Source: a virus
DNA: 64,000 nucleotides
IMG/VR virus record: IMGVR_UViG_3300022213_000237
Location: 105,568 to 169,567 of that record
Direction: 5' to 3' (one strand)
Of this stretch, positions 48,901 through 57,701 are shown in pieces; the stretch's first letter is position 1, and each line of letters begins with the position of its first letter. A model generated the notes under the pieces. The model was not told where the DNA came from. It worked only from the letters and a program-made list of their open reading frames with translations, and ran no database searches. Position numbers and translations under genes: made by a program.

Positions 48901-50055
48901 TTTCAGAATTCTTGGACTAAGCCCGGTGAAATCGAACTAACAGCCGGCCCATTCAAAGGCAGTAAGCTCGCATATCTTGGTAAGGATAGCTTGAAAGGTA
49001 AGCATTTTGCTAAAGCCCCGACCGGCGAACTACATACTCTACCATTTAGTCAGGAAGGCAAGGCGTTCAAAATCAATGTTCCGCCTCAACCCGTCAAATT
49101 GCCGGCGTATGTGGATGCAAATCAACATAGCGATCCTCTTAATAAGACGTTTGCTCAGAAGTCGCTCTTACACGGCATTGATATCAATGATCGTGTGGGT
49201 CGCATCGAAACCGAAACACTTACGTCCAGCGCCCCAGGTGCCGGTTGGTATAAGAATCATGCGGGTGAGATGGGTTTGGTCAAACCTGATCCAAAAGGGG
49301 CTGCAGATTGGTGGGCTGATGAAGATCCAGAGTATGTTCGTGCTCAAAAATCTTACGACTTGCCAAGTCGTGAAGCTTTGTATCCGGTCATGGCCAAAGA
49401 ATTTTTCGGCATGGGTCAATATGTGCCCACTACCGCCAAGTTTACTCATCCTAAGACGGGCGAGCCTATGTCCGTTCAGCAGCGAGTTGCTGGCGCCGAA
49501 CATGTCGACATAGATGACGACGACCACGCCTACAATTTACACAAACTCTACAGTCAAGGCGAGTTAGATAAGTTAGGCCTCATGGATATCTTGATGGGTA
49601 ATAATGATCGCCATCAAGGTAATTTTATGATGACTTCAAAAGAGCCACATGTTCATCTAATAGATAACGGATTATCTTTGGATTACAAGAATCCGTTGAT
49701 ACCTCACGAAGTATGGCTATCTCATCAATGGATGACTGACCATATGCATGGGCATCCCAGCTTCGGCGCTCATCCGATTCATGCAGCCGCCACCAACTGG
49801 TTGCTTGGATTGGATCATGGAGAATTTGTTAAACAACTTCTTAACCATGGTGTTCCCGAAAACATTGTCAAGCATGCGTCGCGACGCATGCAGGCTCTAC
49901 AATTAGAAGCTGCGCAATCAAAACTCGACCCCGCGCAGCCGTTTACACGGGCCCGCGCTGGCCACGTTGTCGATAACCTCAATGGATTTGTCAATCGTTG
50001 GGGTTCACCATTTGTAGCGGCAAAACCTAAGGCCACAAATTCGGACTCAGAGTAA
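45967..50055 (+). CDS. prohead protease fused to HhH-GPD glycosylase-like and PI3/4-kinase/HipA-like domains
   Basis: N-term IDGIAA..IDSSGE..INYEH..IIGHI..YSIEG protease; VPGLAPKT..VPDTHFAR (~47881-47970); REAL..VPTT..DILMGNNDRHQGN..LIDNGLS (~49250-49950). Confidence 0.8.
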   Translation: MKTSMNKLTKSMVIDGIAASQAIDSSGEILDIEGLDISSVKEGTAQINYEHRSDSSDGASANDIIGHITYAKKIFGPKDCENDRQLKYWNSVQLPFVYIKAELFDGEGHVGAQAAAALIRYYHLRRLPLVARYSIEGSTLKREGNTLKRSIMKRVSLTVKPCNRSCISGVLSDGEKPEASPDALESLKRFENPGRAKLGGYEGEFEPVVLDPLQKMRDAVESLREMNNLNKALSAGGFDAVPTTLTGGAALSAENFGDVEKRKKFIKNQVLGAVRDWRGRGDLRKFLKHRMPDASEDFINHFAALVEDYQLKKFADLEANLNKAVAGGAVAGKTPAAAIQPADKLAPKKPDSKVQTKAKAQKLATVEQHHAKVKATQENEDNLTEADLGDQPLTVRGKAVRANDNITSPHFDERTGTLHTQRGSFKMYLPQEDKFPGALESFHNALNDPKATHFHDYATSNWLKVHKLLKEGRLPPEVIMHSVLFSQLSPNTPVPMQELMYGHLVDTMKEKGVDARSPSFSSIKDDWIGRDTGKKFPEVAGDFFQQNQGIRLKNPTSTREAGDMGSFMLANNKFKNMEQYHGLHNSLVELFGRHSTDARAAVSELMGHKHKANLWEARRAREIEKGRPDPGEYADGPAVPGLAPKTGRYMAAMIGGGNVHVPDTHFARYLFGLEKGTDKRSIAYLKNTLWNPNNSHVLEGIDRFYATNHPAVQHMMDHPVFGKQFASREDAIFPAFWKNWIAIAPHERARKMKTMAYNEATDHKPFWEAIAPFTKAENDDVSFDFGANADTHAHARKVVNRLREPNRSVGHAFVDYVVGKSPKRPDIHPDLERHLARHGIVDPAGYGFDESGRSMRRPIPGPRKIGRGEEPRDLHRFRMMNRGWDPGYVKGELEKSESGNTLPQQTARLHAQWVEQYGEIPAQMLYYAHIVPQLLRASRRNENVIVKFQRIAEDLRKAVPQDPPLPELPKHDTTGLHEFQNSWTKPGEIELTAGPFKGSKLAYLGKDSLKGKHFAKAPTGELHTLPFSQEGKAFKINVPPQPVKLPAYVDANQHSDPLNKTFAQKSLLHGIDINDRVGRIETETLTSSAPGAGWYKNHAGEMGLVKPDPKGAADWWADEDPEYVRAQKSYDLPSREALYPVMAKEFFGMGQYVPTTAKFTHPKTGEPMSVQQRVAGAEHVDIDDDDHAYNLHKLYSQGELDKLGLMDILMGNNDRHQGNFMMTSKEPHVHLIDNGLSLDYKNPLIPHEVWLSHQWMTDHMHGHPSFGAHPIHAAATNWLLGLDHGEFVKQLLNHGVPENIVKHASRRMQALQLEAAQSKLDPAQPFTRARAGHVVDNLNGFVNRWGSPFVAAKPKATNSDSE

Positions 50056-50059
50056 AGAT

Positions 50060-50512
50060 ATGATCTCCAACGGCATCTACAGACTATATAAGCTCCATCA
50101 CGATGAGCTAAACAATACGACCCGGAGTCTAGCTGGACGAATTCTCGTACACGATGGGCAGATTGAGCACCTTGAAGATCATGGCGGCATGGACCGTTTA
50201 CTACCCTCAGGTCCAGTCACTCCCGCGTTGGAGCGCAGATTCTCTCGTCTCACCTCCAGCGGTTACCACGAATTAATTAACGAAGCCGACATCGCGGCGG
50301 GCCATCATCCCGACGAAGTACAAGACCTAGATGTAGGTCCTGTTGAAGCAGAACATAAATTCATCATGACTGGCGATGGGGTTTCTACACCCGCAATGGT
50401 GGAAATGTGGGACGACATTATTACCGTCGATGGTCGTGAACTTGATGCTGTCGAAGCACACTCCCTACTCAATGAAGTAGCTGGCGGTAGGATTGTTCTT
50501 ACACCAATCTAA
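50060..50512 (+). CDS. hypothetical protein in head module
   Basis: 150 aa acidic ORF. Confidence 0.6.
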   Translation: MISNGIYRLYKLHHDELNNTTRSLAGRILVHDGQIEHLEDHGGMDRLLPSGPVTPALERRFSRLTSSGYHELINEADIAAGHHPDEVQDLDVGPVEAEHKFIMTGDGVSTPAMVEMWDDIITVDGRELDAVEAHSLLNEVAGGRIVLTPI

Positions 50513-50541
50513 GATCTATCGCTATCCCGAGCATAGGAACC

Positions 50542-51768
50542 ATGAGCAAAAATATTCTTAAACTTTTTGACGACCTCAAAAAAATGGACCCAACGCTCTC
50601 GCAAGCATTGGCAAATATTCGTGCTGGTCGCGCTACGCCTCAAGATGCAGATGTAGTCAGCAGGGGCCTATACACAGACACGATGATTCCGCGTATTGGC
50701 AATAAATACGCTTATAATGATCATGTTTCTCGACACGCAAATGATGGCATCCATACCCATTTAGATTTAAACGATTTTCGTCAAATCAATAAACAGCATG
50801 GCCAGCAACACGGGGACGCCGCCATTAAACAATTTGGTAACATTGCAGCCGACGTATCCCGCATGTTTGGCGGCAAAATGCATCGCCGTGGCGGCGACGA
50901 GTTTTCTGCTTGGTTTCATCGTCCGGAAGCTGCGCACGGGTTTGCGCGCGAACTCAGAAATCGGTTAGAGAAAACTCCTAAAGTCGCGGGTACACACAAT
51001 CTCGCAGCTTCTATCGGTATCGGCTACACACCAGAGCATGCCGAGAAGGCCTTACTCGAGGCCAAAAAGCAACTTGGTTCCACGGATCCAACTACAGGTC
51101 AACGTGTTAATGTGCATAGTGTAGGAAACGCTCCTACCGTAATCCATAGCTTGACTCACGAACAGCCTCCCGAAAACTGGAAGCCATCTAAAGGTCAGGC
51201 GCCCGGCCAAGCCAAAGAGTTGCCATCTTTAGCTCCAGCCGGATTACAATTTAATAACCCGCTCGCAAAAAGTACTGCTAAACAGCCGGTACCCTCAAAA
51301 CATCCGGCTCTAGAAGGTGGAAGAGTAGGTATCATGACTGGTGAAAATCCTTTTCATCCGGCTACCGCCTCTGGCGGGAACGCGGGTCTCGAAAACGAGT
51401 TACGGAGTAGGGGGTTGCGTTTTGAGAAGGTTAAGGGAAAGTATTCTGAAGGTGAGCCAGAAAATAGTTTCATCATTCACGACGTCGATGCTCCAACGCT
51501 AATGGATTTAGGTAAACGCTACGGGCAAGACAGCGTACTCCATTCTCATAATGGTACTCATAAACTAATTTACACAAACGGACCTAATGAAGGCACATAT
51601 CACCCTGGTCACGGATTAACGGTTCATCCACAAGAGCCGGAAATGTACTATTCGACCTTAGTCCATAATGGGAATCCGGTTCACTTCACTATGAACTTGG
51701 ATTTTGATCAGAAACTTCCTTTGTCTTCTCATTCGACTCAGAAGCCTTCGAACCACGAGCAGCAATAA
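50542..51768 (+). CDS. GGDEF diguanylate cyclase domain fused to DUF3293-like domain
   Basis: TDTMIPRIGN, DLNDFRQIN..HG..HGD, RRGGDEF (50890-50904), ASIGIG, AEKALLEAK; C-part IMTGENP..ENSF..GKRYGQDSVL. Confidence 0.85.
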   Translation: MSKNILKLFDDLKKMDPTLSQALANIRAGRATPQDADVVSRGLYTDTMIPRIGNKYAYNDHVSRHANDGIHTHLDLNDFRQINKQHGQQHGDAAIKQFGNIAADVSRMFGGKMHRRGGDEFSAWFHRPEAAHGFARELRNRLEKTPKVAGTHNLAASIGIGYTPEHAEKALLEAKKQLGSTDPTTGQRVNVHSVGNAPTVIHSLTHEQPPENWKPSKGQAPGQAKELPSLAPAGLQFNNPLAKSTAKQPVPSKHPALEGGRVGIMTGENPFHPATASGGNAGLENELRSRGLRFEKVKGKYSEGEPENSFIIHDVDAPTLMDLGKRYGQDSVLHSHNGTHKLIYTNGPNEGTYHPGHGLTVHPQEPEMYYSTLVHNGNPVHFTMNLDFDQKLPLSSHSTQKPSNHEQQ

Positions 51769-52000
51769 AACAGATCTTACATTGTGCCCGATTAGGGTAG
51801 AAGCATAAATCCGCCGGCAGAAGCTGCTGACAGATTTTACATTGTTTTAATCCACACGGAATTTTTTGTCGCCGTTTAACTCTACACAGACGACAATGAC
51901 TTTGTACCGGCCTTATTCTATCTGGTGATTTTTTCAGATGGAATTCTGATTCATCTTTTTCAAGACCGCATTTCGAGCATTTGTATTTTTTGTTGGTCAC
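51689..52000 (-). CDS. small zinc-finger protein (EndoVII/HNH N-terminal-like), possibly a remnant
   Basis: CSKC..KDESEF..QSHCRLC and CKIC..CKIC; antisense to the structural operon, 3' end overlaps the GGDEF gene. Confidence 0.45.
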   Translation of the reverse strand: MTNKKYKCSKCGLEKDESEFHLKKSPDRIRPVQSHCRLCRVKRRQKIPCGLKQCKICQQLLPADLCFYPNRAQCKICFIAARGSKASESNEKTKEVSDQNPSS

Positions 52001-52105
52001 ATTGAAAAGATTACTGTTTCATTTTTGGTGATCCGTTAAAGCCCCAATCTCCCAGAATGTAAGAGGGAACTATCCTCTTTAAAACTTCTTTCAAGGAGCT
52101 AACAG

Positions 52106-52555
52106 ATGGCCGCCACACAAAAAGCCGTTGCTATTGCACGCCAACTTGCTGAAAACCTCGCACTTCGCACCGGCCTCGCTGCCGTTTCGGGCGTTGACGC
52201 ATCAGGTAACCCCACTATCGCCCTGGGCACTCAGTCTGCTGGACAGCAGGCCGCGTTTATCCGCGTGAAGCAAGACTATGATCCTGCTCTCGAAGTGGAC
52301 GGCGTCGGTAACGCTCAACGTCGCTACACCCCCCACGTTATTCAGGTGGTTCTTGAGACCTCGACGATTGCCAACGTTCCTCTTATGACCGGTGCAAATC
52401 AGGTCATGATGTGGAAAGAGGTTGAAGTGTTCGGCACCAAGATCCAGCTCTACATGACCGCCAATACGACTGCTGTCAGCGTCACCGGTATCGATGCTGC
52501 CAACTTGAAGGCGACCGTGGATGATCTCTGGCAGCCGATGTTGTCGACCATCTAA
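52106..52555 (+). CDS. putative head structural/decoration protein
   Basis: AGGAG RBS, codon style like the capsid gene, upstream of scaffold and MCP. Confidence 0.55.
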   Translation: MAATQKAVAIARQLAENLALRTGLAAVSGVDASGNPTIALGTQSAGQQAAFIRVKQDYDPALEVDGVGNAQRRYTPHVIQVVLETSTIANVPLMTGANQVMMWKEVEVFGTKIQLYMTANTTAVSVTGIDAANLKATVDDLWQPMLSTI

Positions 52556-52594
52556 TTCGTCTTCCCACCCTTCACTCTTTACTACGAGTCTACA

Positions 52595-53521
52595 ATGCCT
52601 AAAAAGACTTACACAAACGAAGAGCTGAACGCGCTGGTGGCCGAGTTTTCCGCAGAGTTCGACCAGCTCGTTAAAGCAGAAGTCGCAAAAAGCGGTGCTG
52701 CTTTAGCCAAGTCTGAAGAACTTCGTAAGGACGATGAGTCCAGCGATGGAGATGACCAGAAGTCGCCTCCTCCAGACAGCGCTTCCGCAGATGCTTCTTC
52801 ACCTGCTCCGGCAGCTTCCGCAACTTCTCCAGACCCAGCTTCTCCTGCAGACGCTTCGGCACCTCCTGCAGACGCTTCGGCACCTCCGGCTCCCGACGCT
52901 TCTGCTTCTGCTCCGGCAGACCCCGCAGCTTCTGCGGCAGGAAGCGATCCTATGGCGGCTCTGACTCAGGCGTATTCGCAACTCTCTCCAGATGAGTTGG
53001 CTATGCACTTTCAGGCGCTTAAGCAGGTTCTTATGGCCGGTCAAGCTGGCGCCGAAGGCGCTGGAATGCCCGCAGACCCTATGGCAGGCTCTTCTGCTCC
53101 GGCTGCAGGTCCAGCAGCAGTAGCTCCTCTCGCAGGAGAAGGAAGCCAGCCTGTCGATCCAGCATCGACGATGGCGCTCAAGAGCGAAAACGAAGAATTG
53201 ACTCTCGTCAAGTCTGAGCGTGATGCCGCCGCAATGAAAATTGCGGAACTTGAGAAGTCCGTTGCTGCACTTACCGATTCACTCGGCAAAGTGTTGGCTC
53301 AGCCGATGCGAAAATCAATCACCGGCAAAGACATCGCAGGTGTTCTTGCTACTGACCCGAAACCGGCTCCTAAGTATGAGTCGATGACGAAGTCTGAAAT
53401 TACTAAAAAGCTACTCACTGTAGCTAACGACCCCGCACTGAAGAAGTCGGATCGTCAACTGATTAACAACTATTACAAGGGTGAAGCAAATGTCGAAGCC
53501 CTTGCACACCTTCTCAGCTAA
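52595..53521 (+). CDS. capsid scaffolding protein
   Basis: Directly upstream of MCP; coiled coil plus Ala/Pro/Asp low complexity; many xxKS(E) motifs. Confidence 0.65.
   Translation: MPKKTYTNEELNALVAEFSAEFDQLVKAEVAKSGAALAKSEELRKDDESSDGDDQKSPPPDSASADASSPAPAASATSPDPASPADASAPPADASAPPAPDASASAPADPAASAAGSDPMAALTQAYSQLSPDELAMHFQALKQVLMAGQAGAEGAGMPADPMAGSSAPAAGPAAVAPLAGEGSQPVDPASTMALKSENEELTLVKSERDAAAMKIAELEKSVAALTDSLGKVLAQPMRKSITGKDIAGVLATDPKPAPKYESMTKSEITKKLLTVANDPALKKSDRQLINNYYKGEANVEALAHLLS
52842..52887 (+). repeat. 21-bp tandem repeat (about 2.2 copies) encoding PADASAP
   Basis: CTCCTGCAGACGCTTCGGCAC at 52842 and 52863. Confidence 0.9.
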
Positions 53522-53559
53522 TCCCTGAGATTTCATCTTCCCGTAAAGGAGATTACACA

Positions 53560-54963
53560 ATGGCCGCAGGACTAATTGAAAAGCTAGACGAGCTGCGCAA
53601 AGCTTTGGAAGCGGGTAACTTCAACGCCCGTCCTTCGAGCCTTGTTCAGGGCTCCGCAATGCAAGTGGAAGACATTTCGCCAGTGATGGTTAATGTCACC
53701 TACAATGACAAAACTCTTAAACTCCAGAAGAAACTGGGAGTGAAGCCCGCGAAGGGAACCTTCATCCAGTTCCTACGACGTTTGTCGTACGGTACCTGGG
53801 GCGGATCCGCTCAGCTCGAAGGAGCAGTTGGTAATGAGCAGACCGGTGATTACGTACGTGCCGGTATTCCGATGGCGTACTACTCGGAAGTTCGTCGCGT
53901 CACCCACGTGGCATCGCTCGTCAAGACTGTTACTGGCGAAGATCCGAAAGAGCTGGAAGCGGAAGCCGCTGCTCTTCGTCTCGCTGGCGACATCGAGTTC
54001 GACTGTTTCCGTGGCAAGGCCGACTTCACCAACGCAGGCGTGTTCGATGGTAACCCCAACGTCATCCCCGCGCTCGCGAACATGATTGGTCTCGAAGTTC
54101 AGATCCGTCAGTCCGATCTGCAGAGCAACACCCAGGACCTGATGTTCGAAGCCTACGGCTCGGGCCTCTCGGTCGTCATCAATGGTGGCTCGACGCTGTC
54201 GAAGAGCAACATCGAAGACGCTCATGTTCGTAGCCAGATGAACCACGGCACTGCGGACAAGCTCTTTGTCGACCCTCTCGTTCTGTCCGCACATAACAAA
54301 ATTATGTGGAACAACGAGCGCGTGGTTCTCGGCGCTTCCGCCCAGGATGCGACCGGTCAAGACCTTCGTCGCCAGTTTGTTTCCGGCGGTATGGTCGAAA
54401 TCGAAGCTTCCCGTTTCCTCTCGGGCAAGTTCAAGTCGAGCCGTCCTCGTCTTAACGCTCCTGCGGCACCGTCGATTGCTGTTGACGCGACCAACGCCTC
54501 GAGCACGGCATTCGTTGCTGGCCAGGTTTACACCTACTACGTTACGGCTGAAAACAGCCTCGGCGAAGGTTTCCCCTCGGCTAGCGCGTCAGATACTGTT
54601 ACCGTCAACGGTAACCGCATCGACGTGACCATCACCCCCGGCGCAGGTACGCAAACGTTCTTCAACGTTTACCGTTCACCCGCTGGTGGAAGCGCGGCGC
54701 AAGCTCGCTTCATCGGTCGAATCGTGAACTCGGGTGCTGCGACCACGGTGTTCCGAGACCTTGGCAACAAGATCCCCGGATTCGTGACCGGCTTCCTGGT
54801 GCAAGAAGACACGATGGAACTCATGGAACTGTCGGCATACAGCCGCATGAAGCTCGCGGTCACCGACCTGTCGGAACCCGAAGCCCACTTCAGATTCCTT
54901 TGCTTGAAAGTTACGGAGCCCAGAAAAAATTGTTTGATCGATAACCTCCGTGGCGATCTGTAA
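53560..54963 (+). CDS. major capsid protein (SPO1/Twort-like)
   Basis: N-arm LRKALEAG..GSAMQVE, IEFDCFRG, GLEVQI, C-terminal APAAP..YTYYVTAEN..GE..PS..FNVYR; strong RBS; followed by terminator. Confidence 0.88.
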   Translation: MAAGLIEKLDELRKALEAGNFNARPSSLVQGSAMQVEDISPVMVNVTYNDKTLKLQKKLGVKPAKGTFIQFLRRLSYGTWGGSAQLEGAVGNEQTGDYVRAGIPMAYYSEVRRVTHVASLVKTVTGEDPKELEAEAAALRLAGDIEFDCFRGKADFTNAGVFDGNPNVIPALANMIGLEVQIRQSDLQSNTQDLMFEAYGSGLSVVINGGSTLSKSNIEDAHVRSQMNHGTADKLFVDPLVLSAHNKIMWNNERVVLGASAQDATGQDLRRQFVSGGMVEIEASRFLSGKFKSSRPRLNAPAAPSIAVDATNASSTAFVAGQVYTYYVTAENSLGEGFPSASASDTVTVNGNRIDVTITPGAGTQTFFNVYRSPAGGSAAQARFIGRIVNSGAATTVFRDLGNKIPGFVTGFLVQEDTMELMELSAYSRMKLAVTDLSEPEAHFRFLCLKVTEPRKNCLIDNLRGDL

Positions 54964-54997
54964 TTAGATAACACTAAGTAATAATTAAAGAATTAAG

Positions 54998-55032
54998 GCC
55001 CGGCACCGAAAGGTGACCGGGCTTTTCTTTTT
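54998..55032 (+). terminator. rho-independent terminator after MCP
   Basis: GCCCGG-CACC-GAAA-GGTG-A-CCGGGC followed by TTTTCTTTTT. Confidence 0.9.
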
Positions 55033-55088
55033 GTAAAATGTGGTTATTGCTGGTGTTTTGTTAGATCTTATGCTATTAGTACATTAAA

Positions 55089-56849
55089 ATGTCTGAGCTT
55101 ACACCAGAAGAAAAAAAGAAACGTAGAAACGAGCAGATTCGTATCGCCAGAGCCAAACGTTTTGAAGACCCAGTTTATAAAGCAGAACAGCTTCGGAAGA
55201 ACGCGGAACGCACGGCTCGACTGCGGGCAAAGAAAATAGCGGCTGACCCGGATTATTTACGTAAAGAGGCTGAATACAATAAAAAATATCGAGCCAAAAA
55301 TTCAGAAGCACTTCGGCAACAAAATAAAGAATATCACGCCCAACATAGAGAAAAACGAAATGCGGCCACAAGAGCCTGGAAAGAGGCTCACCCCAAAGAA
55401 TCTGCCCCCAACTCCAACATCGTTGCTCCAGAGATCAAGCTTAAAATCGTAGAGCTTCGCAAACAAGGTATTGAGCAGGCGGAGATTGCGAAGCAGTTAG
55501 GGATTAAAACAACGACAGTAACGTACGTATGCCACCAAGCCGATATCATTCTCACAAAAGAGCAGCGTTCGGCTAGAACCTGGGGCGATACAGATTTACA
55601 GCGGCTTAAGGACCTTCGGAAAGAGCATCCAGATTGGACCAGAAGACAGTTAAGCCAGGCCACCGGATTCAGTGTCCCCACCATCAAAAGAATATTGGCG
55701 TTAGCTGGTCCTGACGCCGCTTTGTCGCCAGAACAAATACAAATCAACGCTCGCGCCGCAAGAACCGTTAACGCAGAAGAGCGACTATTACAGAGATACG
55801 GTGGAAAAAGTTGGCAAGAGGTAATGAGCCTTCTTGCTTCGCGTCGCGGAGGGAAGGTTTTAGGTCAATATCAAGACCACAAAGTGAAATTGGAATTTGA
55901 ATGTCAAGAGGGCCACAAATTCTTTGTGGTTCCCAATGGTATCCAACAAGGGCAGTGGTGCGCAAGATGCGCTAATGTTGGGCCATCCAAAGCCCAACTA
56001 GAGATTTCTGAATACGTAAAGTCTTTGGGGATAAAAGTAGTTGATGGAGACCGATCGGTCATCAAACCCCTGGAAATCGATATTTACTGTCCTGAGATTG
56101 GATTAGCCATAGAGTACAATGGATTATATTGGCATTCTTCAGCTGTACTTAAAGAGCGTGGTCGGCATTTTAGAAAATGGCAGGCTCTGAATACCGCTGG
56201 AATCGATTTGTTTGCTATTTTTCAAGACGAATGGATTGTAAAGAGAGATCTCATTCAGGCTATGATTCGCCAGCGGGTGGGAAAATCTTCGGCACACAGA
56301 ATTTACGCCCGAGACTTGGAATTTAGAAGAATTGCGAGAGACGTCGCCGTCGAATTCTTTGAACGAAATCATCTCGACGGAGCTGGAGCGTTTTTTGACG
56401 CGTACGGGCTTTTTGACGGAGATAGGTTGATAATGGCCGCAGCCACGAGAACCAACTTTAATGGTGAATTCGAACTCGCTCGTATGGCCACGGATTATGA
56501 TTTTGCTGTACCTGGGGGCGCGAGTAAATTGCTGACACATATAGGTAGACCCATCATTTCATTCAGCAACAACCGACTATCTAACGGTAACGTTTATAGT
56601 AAACTGGGAGGTAAGTTGATTCAAGTGAACTCACCATCCTATTGGTATACAGACGGCACGGCAAGGATTTGGAGATGGAAATGTAGACGTATCAACACCC
56701 CTGAGATTTTGGCCAGATACCCCACAGAAGAATTGCAAGCCCTTAATGGAGTATTTAGTAAAAAAGAGTTCGGAGACGACCGTAAGCTATTTCGTATTGA
56801 AGATTACGGGCATCAGAAGTGGGAACTTGATTTAAAGATCCCCCGATAA
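55089..56849 (+). CDS. Hef-like free-standing homing endonuclease (PD-(D/E)xK) with HTH repeats and GNAT-like C-terminus
   Basis: HTH repeats, FECQEGH..WCARC ribbon, LEIDIY..LAIEYNGLYWHS, NHL.G..ELARMA..VPGGASKLL. Confidence 0.75.
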   Translation: MSELTPEEKKKRRNEQIRIARAKRFEDPVYKAEQLRKNAERTARLRAKKIAADPDYLRKEAEYNKKYRAKNSEALRQQNKEYHAQHREKRNAATRAWKEAHPKESAPNSNIVAPEIKLKIVELRKQGIEQAEIAKQLGIKTTTVTYVCHQADIILTKEQRSARTWGDTDLQRLKDLRKEHPDWTRRQLSQATGFSVPTIKRILALAGPDAALSPEQIQINARAARTVNAEERLLQRYGGKSWQEVMSLLASRRGGKVLGQYQDHKVKLEFECQEGHKFFVVPNGIQQGQWCARCANVGPSKAQLEISEYVKSLGIKVVDGDRSVIKPLEIDIYCPEIGLAIEYNGLYWHSSAVLKERGRHFRKWQALNTAGIDLFAIFQDEWIVKRDLIQAMIRQRVGKSSAHRIYARDLEFRRIARDVAVEFFERNHLDGAGAFFDAYGLFDGDRLIMAAATRTNFNGEFELARMATDYDFAVPGGASKLLTHIGRPIISFSNNRLSNGNVYSKLGGKLIQVNSPSYWYTDGTARIWRWKCRRINTPEILARYPTEELQALNGVFSKKEFGDDRKLFRIEDYGHQKWELDLKIPR

Positions 56850-56858
56850 TAATCATGA

Positions 56859-57701
56859 GTGAAGATCTCAGCCAAAATTATTGCCGATAGCGTGCTCGCG
56901 CCTGGTCATGCCGCAGGTATTCCTCGTTTAACTACGATGGAGTTGACGTACCCTAGATTCATTCACTCGGAGTTCATGACGCATCGCGTCTTTTCTCGTA
57001 ATGCTGCGTCTTCCCGCGCCATTCCCGTGCGCAAAATGCTGACACAAGTTTGGAAAGACCCGGCAATGCCAACATACTGGGGCTCGAACAAGCCGGGTAT
57101 GCAGGCGGGTGCGGAGTTAACCGGTTGGCGCCTCAAAGCCGCTAAAAAGCTTTGGGTGTTAGCCGGTTGGGTGATGGTTGCGTTCGCTTGGAGTCTATCA
57201 AAACTAGGGCTCCATAAACAAATCGCTAATCGTATTCTCGAGCCGTGGATGTGGATGAAGACAATTGTATCCGCCACCGACTGGGGAAACTTCTTTAACC
57301 TCCGAATCCATGCCGATGCGCAGCCAGAAATAAAAGTTCTGGCGGAGGCCATGCTGAAAGCCATGAACAGCAGCCGCCCTCGCCAGCTACAACCGGGCCA
57401 GTGGCATCTACCGTACGTACGCGGCTCAGAATACTTGCTTTACAGCTATGACAGCATGGGCTTGCAACAGATCTCTGCCGCCCGCTGTGCCCGCGTTTCA
57501 TATCTAAATCATGACGGTTCGAAGCCCGACGTCAAAAAAGATCTCGAGCTATACGAAATGCTTGCGAAAGCCCCACACGCATCTCCCTTTGAACACCAAG
57601 CCACCCCGGTTGTGGGAAGGCACGGCAACTTCAACGGTTGGAAGCAATTCCGCCAATTCATACCTAACGAGAATCAACCTGACTACAAAGGATTTAAATA
57701 A
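56859..57701 (+). CDS. thyX: FAD-dependent thymidylate synthase
   Basis: EFMTHRVFSRNAASSRA motif, HKQIANRILEP, FFNLR..AQPEI, HASPFEH. Confidence 0.9.
   Translation: MKISAKIIADSVLAPGHAAGIPRLTTMELTYPRFIHSEFMTHRVFSRNAASSRAIPVRKMLTQVWKDPAMPTYWGSNKPGMQAGAELTGWRLKAAKKLWVLAGWVMVAFAWSLSKLGLHKQIANRILEPWMWMKTIVSATDWGNFFNLRIHADAQPEIKVLAEAMLKAMNSSRPRQLQPGQWHLPYVRGSEYLLYSYDSMGLQQISAARCARVSYLNHDGSKPDVKKDLELYEMLAKAPHASPFEHQATPVVGRHGNFNGWKQFRQFIPNENQPDYKGFK

Noticed and set aside
50542-51100. GGDEF motif as a Cas10/polymerase palm or a chance match
   Set aside because: The surrounding DGC-specific motifs (D..F..IN..GH-like..GD, SIG, A..AL..AK) are present in order and there are no cas genes.
52760-52940. 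Scaffold repeats as a mobile or regulatory repeat array
   Set aside because: In-frame low-complexity Pro/Ala/Asp/Ser linker; explained by coding-sequence slippage.
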